Source of the DNA: an uncultured Actinomycetota bacterium
GTDB taxonomy: Bacteria > Actinomycetota > Thermoleophilia > RBG-16-64-13
DNA: 64,000 nt
Reading direction: 5' to 3'
Assembly: GCA_963721365.1 (NCBI GenBank)
Contig: CAVRJE010000023.1
Location: 110,668 to 174,667, forward strand
In this document: positions 42,791 to 52,081 of the stretch, piece after piece
Position numbering within the stretch: position 1 is the first letter of the stretch
Layout: each line of letters opens with the position of its first letter
The notes under the pieces: model-generated
The model's database searches: none
What the model saw: only the letters and a program-made list of their open reading frames with translations
Told to the model about the DNA's origin: nothing
Position numbers and translations under genes: made by a program

Positions 42791-43759
42791 TCACCGCCGC
42801 CGGCGACGCGCCATTATACCCGTTCGAGCCGGGCCGTGCCCTTGTCTGGATACGGTACGACCAGAACGTCGAGGTCGCGCGGAAGCAGCGCGCCGGGGAA
42901 TACCTGTCGGGCTTCGTCGCGCAGCTCGCGCCAGCTGTGACGGGAGCTCGATGTGCGTCAGCACCAGGGTCTCCACCCCGGCGGCACGCGCAACCTCCGC
43001 GGCCTCCCTGGCGGTCGAGTGGCCGGTCTCGAGCGCCCGCTCCTTCTCCGACTCCGCGAAGGTGGAGTCGTGGACCAGCACGGAGGCGCCGGCTGCCAGC
43101 TGGATGATGGCCTCGGTCGGGCGCGTGTCACCGGTGATGACGATCTTCCTGCCCGGCCGGGCCTCGTCCATGACCTCATCGGGGCTGGACGGATCCGCCC
43201 GCCGGCGGTGCGTGATGGTCTCCCCCCGCTGCAGCCTGCCGAAATCGGGGCCGGGTGTGACGCCCAATTCCACTGCCCGCTCGGGATGGAAGATCCCCAG
43301 CCGCGATCTTCTCCTCCAGACACCAGGCCAGACCCGGGCAGGCCGTGCTCGGTACGGGCGGTCTTCAGTAGCGTAGTCAGGCATCTCGTAGAACGGTACC
43401 CGGGACGCGCCTCCTCGACGAGGAACGGGAATCGCGGCCGCCCGATGATCCTCTCCACCTCCCGGAGCAGCTCGTAGAGGCCGGCGGGCCCGAAGAGCTG
43501 CAGCGGCTCCTCGCTGCCGGCCAGACTCAGCGTCTTCAGCAGACCCGGCAAGCCCGAGATAGTGGTCGCCGTGGAGGTGGGTCAGCAGGATCGTGTTGAT
43601 GCGCGCCAGCCCCACCGAGCGCATGAGCTGCCGCTGGGTCCCCTCCCCGCAGTCCACGAGGATTCGCTCTCCCCCGCGGGCGATGAGGGTCGCGGGCGAG
43701 CCTCTGTCGACGGTGGGAGTGGCTCCGGCGGTGCCGAGGAATACGAGATGAAGATCCAA
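42791..43759 (-). CDS. rnz: ribonuclease Z; compensating internal frame breaks
   Basis: N-terminus LVFLGTAGATPT...LLTHLHGDHYLGL. Middle of the protein is in the alternative frame (ORF 42958..43551, GLLKTLSLAGSEEPLQLFGPAGL). C-terminus ITGDTRP...VLVHDSTF...LVLTHI is back in the first frame. Confidence 0.8.
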   Translation of the reverse strand: MDLHLVFLGTAGATPTVDRGSPATLIARGGERILVDCGEGTQRQLMRSVGLARINTILLTHLHGDHYLGLAGSAEDAESGRQRGAAAALRARRPLRAAPGGGEDHRAAAIPVPRRGGASRVPFYEMPDYATEDRPYRARPARVWPGVWRRRSRLGIFHPERAVELGVTPGPDFGRLQRGETITHRRRADPSSPDEVMDEARPGRKIVITGDTRPTEAIIQLAAGASVLVHDSTFAESEKERALETGHSTAREAAEVARAAGVETLVLTHIELPSQLARAARRSPTGIPRRAASARPRRSGRTVSRQGHGPARTGIMARRRRR

Positions 43760-43779
43760 AGAGATCCCCTGTCAGTCTT

Positions 43780-44224
43780 GAGGCTGAGGCTCGGGCGGGA
43801 CGTTCGTGGTGAGCCTGATCCTCTCCTCGGGCGCTCCCGCCGGCTGATGGAAGAAGGTCGGGTTGCTGCAGCAGCCCGTCGCCAGCGGCGGCCGGATAGG
43901 CCTGCTCCACGGTGACCCTGCACTCCCGGCGAGGACTCCGATTGAGCCGCAGGGGCCCGTATGCGCCGGAACCCCGTCCCCGGCCGCCCCTTTCGGCGAA
44001 GGCAGCGAGATCCAGCTCGGGGGCGAAGACCTTGTGCAGGCATCCGAACATCTTGGTGTCGTCGTCCTCGTATACGTAGACAGAAGAGCAGCCGGAATCG
44101 AGGCAGTGCTGGGGCGAGACCACGCGCTCGCATATGACTTCGCACTCCCGGCACTCCAGCCGCGTGCGGTGAAGACGGCGCTTCCACGCGGCGAATCTGT
44201 CGGTGATGCGGGGACGTTTGTCCA
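43780..44224 (-). CDS. hypothetical cysteine-rich protein
   Basis: Start MDKRPRITDRFAAWKRRL, with CRECEVIC...C...C...C pattern. The downstream two-thirds of ORF 43536..44474 overlaps rnz out of frame. An alternative frame gives ...ATGCCSNPTFF...PQPQD*. Confidence 0.35.
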
Positions 44225-44292
44225 TGGCGGTGAGTATACCCGGCACCGGCCGCCGATGCCGCGCGGGCTGGGCGTCGGCCCGCGCCAACGAG

Positions 44293-45307
44293 TCACCCGA
44301 TGCTCTCCCCTCTTGTGCCCGGAACCAACCGGGCCCGCACGAGGGAGCGGTCGGTGGCCCACCGAAGAATGGAGCGGGAGAAGGCGACCGCACCAGTCGT
44401 GCCGAAATCCACCTCGCCGGTTGCGAACAGTGCGCCGTGGAGCAGGGTACCGTCGACCAAGACGCCCCCGTCATCCACGACTATCACCCCGTAGAGGTCT
44501 CCCCGACCGCGGACGTCGAGAGCGGCGCCGCCGGTCACCACCAGCAGGGCTGGATCGTCCGCCGAACCGCCCCATCCTTGCGGAAGTTCCAATGTCGTCC
44601 CGGGCTCGCCCCGCATGGTGCTGACACGTGCCCCCGGACCTAGTCCCTGCGCCGCGACCACCTCGGTCGCGGCTGCTCCCGTCTCATCTCGCGCGGATGC
44701 CACGCTCGCGAACAAGACCCGCCAGCCGTCGTCGAGCCTCCAGACGCTTGCCATGTTTTCGACGACCGCGCCGGGGCCGACCAACGGCGCGGTCGGGACG
44801 TTCCGGAAACGGGCAGTCGGCGCGGCCATCCCCACGCCGTCAACCTCCAGCCACGGAGAGACGCGACCGGAGGTCCAGCTAGCGGTCTGGGCCACAAGCC
44901 CGGCAAGCGGGAGATCGAGCCCGTCCCGCCCGCGCTCGAGCCACGCCGATACGACGATCGGGGAGATGTCGGCCGAGTGCCGCGCGGAGGCGGCCAGCGC
45001 CCAGCCGCTGCTGTCGGGCAGTTCGGCTACGGTTCCCTGAACCGCGGGCGTCTCCTGGATCACCGACCAGGGCATGGGCCCCCACTCGTCGAGGGCAGCG
45101 CTGGCGCAGCGTCGCAAGAGCGTTGTCCTTCTCCTCCATCAGCGAGCGTCCGGAGTCTTCGGCGGCGAGGGTGTTGTCGGCGCACAGGACGACCACGGAG
45201 AGGGTCTGTACGAGCACCGCTACGGCCAGGCAGACGAAGAGCACGAACAGGAGGATGGAGCCGCGTTCGGCAGCGACCCGTTGGGGAACGCGGCTTTCGC
45301 GATGTCT
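44293..45307 (-). CDS. PilX/GspK-like minor pilin with PilX_N-type N-terminus; frame breaks
   Basis: N-terminal segment ERGSILLFVLFVCLAVAVLVQTLSVVVL (within ORF 44879..46090) continues in ORF 44293..45117. Confidence 0.4.
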
Positions 45308-45309
45308 CA

Positions 45310-45907
45310 TCATGGCCGGGCCCATCGGCCGACCGGGCCCGAAGCTATCGCGTGAGCGGCCGAAGCCACTTTCTCCGAGCGGGCGGTGAGCTCCACCGTG
45401 ATGGCGTCGACCAGAGGCAAGTCGGCAGCCGACAAGGGAGCCCCAGTGGCAGAGCCCGCAACTAGATACGTGAATCGCGATCGGGTCATGTCGACGTTCT
45501 CCAGCATCGTCTTGTTGTCGGCGTAGAGAGAATGGCTGAAGGTCGAGGGACAAGTGGTAGGGCATGCGCTCCAGCGCCGCATGAGAGAACCGTTCACGAG
45601 CTCCCACTCGACCAGCAGCGGCAGCGGTGGACTCGGATGTCGCGACCAGTAGGACCACCTGCGACGGGGTCGCCTGGAGTACGGTGGCGCCGGTGGCGAA
45701 CGGACAGTGCTGAGACCCGGTCAGGCGCAGGTCCCTCTCGAATCGCGCGCCGGCTACCCGCGCCTGCAGTGCCCAGATCGTCTCGTCTCCTTCTCGCACT
45801 CCAAGCGACTGGGATGAGACCCATAGGGGAGCCACTCCGAGCGCGAGACACAGGGCGAGAGTCAACCCCAGAAGCAACTCGATCAGAGAGAAGCCGGCCT
45901 CGTCCAT
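45310..45907 (-). CDS. prepilin-type N-terminal cleavage/methylation domain protein (minor pilin/pseudopilin)
   Basis: Starts MDEAG followed by the cleavage site and FSLIELLLGLTLALCLALGV, a canonical G|FxxxE prepilin motif. Lies inside the 403-aa ORF 44879..46090. Confidence 0.55.
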
Positions 45908-45919
45908 TCCGTCGAGAGG

Positions 45920-46680
45920 GCTCCGTCGGGCGGGCGTTGGGTCAGAAGTACAGATCGACACTGCGTCCCTCCTCCATCGGCCACCACTGAGTTCGCCCGT
46001 CGAGGGTCGCGCCGCCCCAGCCTTCGATGGCAGGGCGCCAGAGAAAAGAGGAGCCCGAAGGGAGGACAAGTGAGGTCGGCGGGGCTCCATGTCGCAGTCA
46101 ACGAAGAAGTCCCGGTGCCGGGCCGGTGAACGACGACGGTTGGGCCTTGCGGCGGGGCCGAAAGGGCGGCTCCGAGAGCCGGAGTGCCCGCACCAGGTTC
46201 AGGAACAGCGAGACGCCACGGCGGCCCCCACATTCCTCCTGCCATGCGCACCCGGACCACCAGCTCGCTGTCCGCCAGTCCGGTCCATAGTTCTGGCCCC
46301 AGTTGCACCTCATTGGTCGCCGCGGCGCCGGCCCCGGCGTTCCAGACGACCGCCTGCTGGGCCACCACCCACCCCTCCGCCCAGAGGCCCACCTCAGCCT
46401 CGGCCGAGCTCGCCCCCGCTGCGCCGGACATTCTGAGATGAAGCACGGGTCCCGGCCGCCACCATCCGGCGATCACCCGCGGACCCCATTCCCAGCGCTT
46501 CTGCGGACCGTGAAGCCGCGTGCCCGGCGGGGTCGCCCTCGGCCCGTTGCCTCACGGTGCGCGCTTCGCCGACCATCCCAGCGAAAGAGGTGGCCAAGGG
46601 AACGACGAGCAGTCCGACAAGCAGAGTCGCCATCATCACCTCGAGCAGGATGGAGCCTGCACTGCCGCCTGAGATGAGCC
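45920..46680 (-). CDS. pseudopilin-like protein; frame breaks
   Basis: The minus strand at 46620-46680 encodes GSAG followed by the cleavage site and SILLEVMMATLLVGLLVVPLA (G|xxxxE). The body is in ORFs 46394..46639 and 45883..46476. Confidence 0.4.
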
Positions 46681-46696
46681 ACTGCCCACCCGCGCC

Positions 46697-47229
46697 TCAC
46701 GGTGCGGCCTCCACTCGGGTCCTTACTGTCAGCCCGCTCTCCAGGCGGATGGTGACCCGGTAGTCGGAGCCCGGCGCCCGGAAATAGAGGGAGCCGGCCG
46801 AATTCGGGATAGGCGGATGCCGCAAGGAAGCGGACCATAACTCCCTGCCCCTGCCGCCACCTGACCACGTTGGCGATTGCCGGCACAGCGGGAGCGGCAG
46901 CGCCAAGATCGCCGCCACCAGTCCCTGTGCCCGGCTCGTCACGGCCAGGTGACCGGATTCGAAGGTGACCTCAGTGTCCGTCCCCTGCCACACGGCGCCC
47001 ACCTGCGCCCAGGCTCCCGCGGCCTGCCAGGCCTGAGCCGCCCCCCTCGCCTCCACGGCCGCGACACCGCGAGCTGAGGGCCACACCTCCGGCGGCGAAA
47101 GCACAGACCAAGAAGCGTGAGAACCAGCAACATCTCGACCAGGGAGTGACCGCACTGGCCGGCGTGGATAAGCGCGACCAACCGATCGACACGTGGGGGT
47201 TCGGGGTATGGGGGGGTTCGCCTTGGCAT
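46697..47229 (-). CDS. GspH/FimT-like pseudopilin; frame breaks
   Basis: CG followed by the cleavage site and HSLVEMLLVLTLLGL in ORF 46939..47229. C-terminal beta region ...SLYFRAPGSDYRVTIRLESGLTVRTRV is in ORF 46697..47374. Confidence 0.45.
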
Positions 47230-47464
47230 AGGCCAAGGCTAGGAGAAGGCAGGCTGGTGGAAGGTAGAACCTTCGTACTAGACTGGAGCGCGAGGGTCTT
47301 GCGCAGTCACGGGCGCCGATTCGACTCGTCTCGGAAGAGGCCGCGGCCGGATTCCGAACAGCGCTCCCGCGCATCCCTGCTCAGGACGGGGAGGCTCCAG
47401 CTAGGCGAAAGAGCCATGGCGCAGCAAAGCGGGGCTCAGTCGATGCTGCCCGCGATAGAGTGCG

Positions 47465-47992
47465 TTAGCAGAAGAGGCGGACTACCAGCCGATCCCGCGG
47501 CTCGCCGTCGATCACTTTCACTTTGACGTAGCCGGTCTCGTTGAGGCTTACGGTATCCACTTGGATGCCGAAGGTGTTGCCGCTGGCGCTGACGCTGGCC
47601 AGATCGGCGACCGTCGGCGACTCGGCCGAAGAACGCCACCTGGTTGCTCGCGGCCATGGCACCGACCGCGTCACTAATCCACGCCGAGCTGGTCGAGTCA
47701 TGAGACGAGGTCGGCATCGCTCATCGACCCAGTCTATCGCCGGCTCGATGGCCTCGAGATCGGCTTCGGTGATCTCCGTGTAGTCCCCGGTGTCGACGAA
47801 CGCGCCCTGCAGCGCCGTGAGAGCGTTCCGCACCAGGGTGTACGCAGCTGCATCCTGCGCGTGCTGGCGCTGACCCAGGAAGGTAGGGATGGCAATGGCG
47901 CCCAGGATGGCGATGATGATGATCACGACCAGGAGCTCGATCAAAGTGAACCCCTTCTGGTTCTCTTCGTGCTCGCGGAACAAACCCGTCAT
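47465..47992 (-). CDS. type IV major pilin paralog (PilA-like); C-terminal frame break
   Basis: Leader ends ...NQKG, followed by FTLIELLVVIIIIAILGAIAIPTFLGQRQHAQDAAA. This is near-identical over about 45 aa to the pilin at 48817..49269. Confidence 0.75.
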   Translation of the reverse strand: MTGLFREHEENQKGFTLIELLVVIIIIAILGAIAIPTFLGQRQHAQDAAAYTLVRNALTALQGAFVDTGDYTEITEADLEAIEPAIDWVDERCRPRLMTRPARRGLVTRSVPWPRATRWRSSAESPTVADLASVSASGNTFGIQVDTVSLNETGYVKVKVIDGEPRDRLVVRLFC

Positions 47993-48044
47993 GACCTGGC
48001 ACCTCCCTTCCTAAGCTACTCCCGCCCGCACACGCGTCGGACGG

Positions 48045-48680
48045 TTATGGGACCGTAATATCTATGCCTCTAGACGCAGCCAGCTCGCGGACTTGAGCTG
48101 CGTCCGAGGACCGCATATCGTCTTCCAACATCCGAACCAGGACCGAATATGAATGCCCGTACTGCGGGTCGACCTCCATAGCCTCTCCCAGAGATTCCTC
48201 TGCGCCTTCGTGGTCTCCGGCCGCGATCTGAGCCTGGCTCAAGAAGGTCAGGTTCTTCGCGCTGCCGTCGAGCGTAGCCGCTTCAGACAACACCCGCACA
48301 GCCTCAGCACTCCGATCTTGGTGGTTGAGGTAGTTGAACCCCAACTCTATCCTTATCTGGACTTCGTCCGGATCGGCGGCTACGACCCTCTCCTGGATGG
48401 GCAGGGCTTCGTCGTACTTCCCTTGCATAGCCAGGGCAGCCGCGAGCCCGCTAAGTGCCTGCAGGTTGTCCGGATCTGAATCCAACACTTCCTTGTAGAT
48501 GGCCTCCGCTCCCGATAGATCACTGGCATCCGCCAGCTGGTCGGCCTTCGCGACGGCGTCGGAGCACCCGGCCGCTGCCATGAGCAGCGCCACCGCAACT
48601 ATCACCGTGACACACAAAGCGCTACGCGTCACGCGACGTCCTCCGGCATTCACGCGAACCATCGCTTTCCCACTACCCAT
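48045..48680 (-). CDS. TPR-repeat lipoprotein
   Basis: Lipobox LMAAAGCSD followed by three or four TPR units (AEAIYKEVLDSDPDNLQALSGLAAALAMQGKYDEA...). Located between the two pilin paralogs. Confidence 0.65.
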   Translation of the reverse strand: MGSGKAMVRVNAGGRRVTRSALCVTVIVAVALLMAAAGCSDAVAKADQLADASDLSGAEAIYKEVLDSDPDNLQALSGLAAALAMQGKYDEALPIQERVVAADPDEVQIRIELGFNYLNHQDRSAEAVRVLSEAATLDGSAKNLTFLSQAQIAAGDHEGAEESLGEAMEVDPQYGHSYSVLVRMLEDDMRSSDAAQVRELAASRGIDITVP

Positions 48681-48816
48681 GCTGGCACTCCCTAGATAAC
48701 ACAGGGGGCAACGGATCCTCTTGCGGGCCCGTTGCCCCCTGTCGTCGGTATGCCGCCTCTGGACTCAGACCATTCGCTGGCCGGAGACCTGGTCTAGCGG
48801 CGAAGCCGTCAGGCTT

Positions 48817-49269
48817 CTACCACCTCTCGACTGATGCGGCGTCCTTGTAGTAAGTGGTACCCAAGCCACCGACGCCCTTGTCTACAGACACGGCCCAAGG
48901 CGTCTCGGATTCGGCCATGGAGCCGACCTGGTAGGTCTGGCCTGCGCCGAAGTACCCGACCGCGTTGTCGGCGGTGTCACCACCGGGAGCGGCGCTGATC
49001 GGCACGTCGCCAGCAACCTCATTCCAAGTGATGGCGGGTTCGATCAACGCGAGAGTGGCATCGTCCATATCGGCGATGTCGAAAGTTCTAAGGTCGACAT
49101 AGGCGGATTCGATGGCGGTCATGGCATTGCGGACGAGGGACTTGGCAGCTGCGTCCTGGGCTTTCTGGCGCTGGCCGAGGAAGGTCGGGATGGCGATCGC
49201 CGCCAGGATGGCGATGATGATGATCACCACCAGGAGTTCGATGAGGGTGAAACCCTTTTCGCCCTTCAT
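48817..49269 (-). CDS. type IV major pilin (PilA-like), intact
   Basis: Starts MKGEKG, followed by FTLIELLVVIIIIAILAAIAIPTFLGQRQKAQDAAAKSLV. 150 aa. GGAGGAGG RBS 10 nt upstream. Confidence 0.85.
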   Translation of the reverse strand: MKGEKGFTLIELLVVIIIIAILAAIAIPTFLGQRQKAQDAAAKSLVRNAMTAIESAYVDLRTFDIADMDDATLALIEPAITWNEVAGDVPISAAPGGDTADNAVGYFGAGQTYQVGSMAESETPWAVSVDKGVGGLGTTYYKDAASVERW

Positions 49270-49315
49270 CCTTTTGTGGATCTTTCCTGAACATTGTTTG
49301 TGTTCCTCCTCCTGT

Positions 49316-49345
49316 AGTTCGCGGACCCTTTTTCGGGACCGCGAA
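49316..49345 (-). promoter_or_regulatory. perfect 12-bp stem-loop in the 5-prime leader of the pilin gene
   Basis: GTTCGCGGTCCC-GAAAAA-GGGACCGCGAAC on the minus strand, about 25 nt upstream of the RBS. Confidence 0.45.
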
Positions 49346-49754
49346 CATTTCGCGGCCCAGCACGCCGGATTGGCGTCTTGCTCCTACTATCGGCAGTCTG
49401 CGGCAGGACTTTAGGGCTTCTTCTACGACTTTCGTCCAAGGATGGCGTGATGCGGATCCGTGCTCCTTTGCCATGCGGCTAAGCGGACTCAGGCAGAAGC
49501 CGGAAAGCGCTCATCCTCGCGAGTCACGCACGTTATATGGACCGGCGCCCTTCGACCGGTGGCGCTTCGACTAAAGACCGCGACACGGCCTGCCGATATT
49601 CCCAGCGACACGCCCACAAGGAGACTCCAATGAACTTCGCTGTCAAGGGGAATCCCTCGTAGGACGCTCCGAGGCCACGAGCGAGGACATCACGCGCGCA
49701 GCGACCCAGGATCGAGGTCACGGTCGCCAGGCCCTACTCACCGGTGGAGAGGTC

Positions 49755-51364
49755 ATGATACGAATCACGCGACGTCGGCTCAGGAACGTTCACCGCGACA
49801 ATGGCTTCACCGTCGTCGAGGTGCTGGTCGCCGGGATGGTCCTCGTCGTCGGCCTCATTTTCATCGCGCACTTCTTCACCGGGACCGCCATGAGGGTCCT
49901 GGCGTCTGACACGCGGTCGCTCATGGCTCAGATGGCGACTCAGGAGATCGAGACCATCCGTGGCCTGCAGTATCAGGACATCGGCACCGTCGGCGGCCAA
50001 CCGCCGGGCCAACTCGCTGCCGCTGAGACCAAGGTGGTGGAGGGGCGCACGTTCCAGATAGTCCGGGAGGTCACGTACATCGAGGACTCGAGCTACAGCG
50101 GTCCCTACCCGGCCAACTATCGCCGGGTGACCGTATCGGTCGCGCAGGTGGACAACAGCGCCCTAGCCCCGGTCGTCATGACTACCAATATCGCCGGTGG
50201 AGCCAAGGGGGGGACGCTCGACATCACCGTGACCGACCTGAGCGGCGCGGGCATACCCGGCGCGCACCTGACCATCACGAACGACGTCCTAGTCCCCCAT
50301 GTGCTCATCAACGCCTCCGCGATCCGTACCGATGACAGCGGCCACCTCGAGGTGCCCGGTCTCACCGTCGACCCCAATGGCGGCTACTTTGTCAGCGCGT
50401 CGCTTGTCCGGCTACAACAGCGCGGCCTTAAAGAACGGCGTGGTCGTCGCCAACGGCAGCCCCTTCACCGTGGTCCAGCTGATCATGGACAGACTGGCCA
50501 CGATGAACATCCACGTCACCGACCAGAACGGCACCCCGCTGTCCGGGAGTGGCCCTCACCGTGACCGGATTCCTCTCGGTGAGCCCATGGGACTTCAGCC
50601 AGAACGTGACCACCGATGCAAACGGCGACGCGGTGCTCGACCGACATCAGGTACTCCACGTCACTCGAGCCCTACTTCATCCAGCTCGTCACTCCTCACA
50701 ATCCGCCCCTGGCAGCTCACCCTCCGGGGTGACCGCGCCGACCGTGGACTCGCAGTTTCCTGCCGTTGGATCCCGGGGTGATCCCGGTGATCCTCGATCC
50801 CGGGGAGACTCAGGACGTCAACTGGTGATCTCCACCGGCCCGGTGGTGAGCTCACTGAGCCCCACTAGCGGCTCCCCTTCGGGCGGCACCAGCGTCATCA
50901 TCACCGGCGCCAACTTCACCGGGGCGACGGCGGTCATCGTTCGGCCCCACAACGCCACCAGCTTCACGGTCAACTCCGCCACCCGGATCACGGCCATCGC
51001 TCCGGCCGGCACGGGCACAGTGGACGTCACCGTCACCACCCCGCAGGGCACCTCGGCCACCTCAGCCGCAGATCATTACATCTACCAGGCGGTCGCGGCA
51101 CCCACGGTGACCTCGCGGAACCCGAATAAAGGCATCGAGACAGGCGGCACGACCGTCGTCATCCGGGGCACTAACTTCATCGGGGCGACTGCAGTCAAGT
51201 TCGGCAACGTCAACGCCGCCAGCTTCACTGTCAACTCCACCACAAAGATCACGGCCATCTCTCCGGCCGCCGGCGCGGGCATTGTGCACATCACGGTGAC
51301 CACGCCCGGGGGCACCTCGGCCACGTCGAACTCCGATCTATACACCTTCACGACCCACAACTAA
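49755..51364 (+). CDS. PilV-like prepilin-type protein with C-terminal tandem IPT/TIG domains (candidate pilus tip adhesin); frame breaks
   Basis: NG|FTVVEVLVAGMVLVVGLIF prepilin motif in ORF 49755..50564. Continues through ORF 50299..50781 into ORF 50549..51364. Two about 85-aa IPT/TIG repeats of the form P.V.S..P..G...GGT.V.I.G.NF.GATAV.F...A.SFTVNS.T.ITA..PA...G.V...VTTP.GTSATS. Confidence 0.6.
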
Positions 51365-51377
51365 AGCGACGGTCACG

Positions 51378-52081
51378 ATGGCCAAGATGGTGTCCACTAT
51401 CACAAACAAGTTGCGTGCGGCACGAGGCTTCACGCTGATCGAGTTGTTGGTAGTCTGTTTGACCGCCGGGATACTCGGGGGGGCGATGCTGGGCATCTAC
51501 GAGAGCCTCATCCGCTATTCCGCCGATACGCAACATCGCATCATCAACCAGGATGATGCCCGCACCGCCGTCAACGAGATCGCGCGTTATGTCCGCATGG
51601 CCGAGTCGTCCGCCTCCAACCTGACCTCTCAGACGGATGCAGTCGCATTGGCGTCGGAATACGAGTTGGTCTTCTACGCCGACATCAACGGCAACGGCCT
51701 ACCCGATAAGGTGCGGTACTACCTGTCCGGCAAGACTCTGCGGATGGCCGCCCTCGCCCCCAACACCTCCACGACCCCGCCCACCTACGCGACGGCATAC
51801 ACCAGCGACGGAATCGTCGTGATGGACGGGATACAGAACGCGGCGACGCCGCTGTTCACCTACTACAAGATGAACCCGGCGTACGCCAGCCACCCCAATC
51901 CACAGCCAACGACACCCTGGTCCTCGTCTCGAACCCGACCAGCGCAGCCGATCTGAAGCAGCATCCTCGCCGTCGGCATCAAGCTCTACGTGAACGACGC
52001 CCCGGGGGAAAGCAAGGGCACCGTAGCTCTGGACACCATTATCCAGATAAGACAGCGCTATAACGGAGGCCTCAGTGGAGC
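51378..52081 (+). CDS. PilW-like prepilin-type minor pilin; C-terminal frame break
   Basis: RG|FTLIELLVVCLTAGILGGAMLGIY. Natural C-terminus ...ILAVGIKLYVNDAPGESKGTVALDTIIQIRQRYNGGLSGA* is recovered in the adjacent frame. Confidence 0.6.

Noticed and set aside
43536-44474. 312-aa minus-strand ORF as a single gene
   Set aside because: Only the first roughly 100 aa (the Cys-rich protein) look coding. The remainder reads through the rnz start region out of frame.
50835-51360. Direct repeats (IPT units) and the dut 165-bp repeats considered as possible CRISPR or other repeat arrays
   Set aside because: Only two copies each, long (165-255 bp), diverged, in-frame coding repeats without spacers. 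Not CRISPR.
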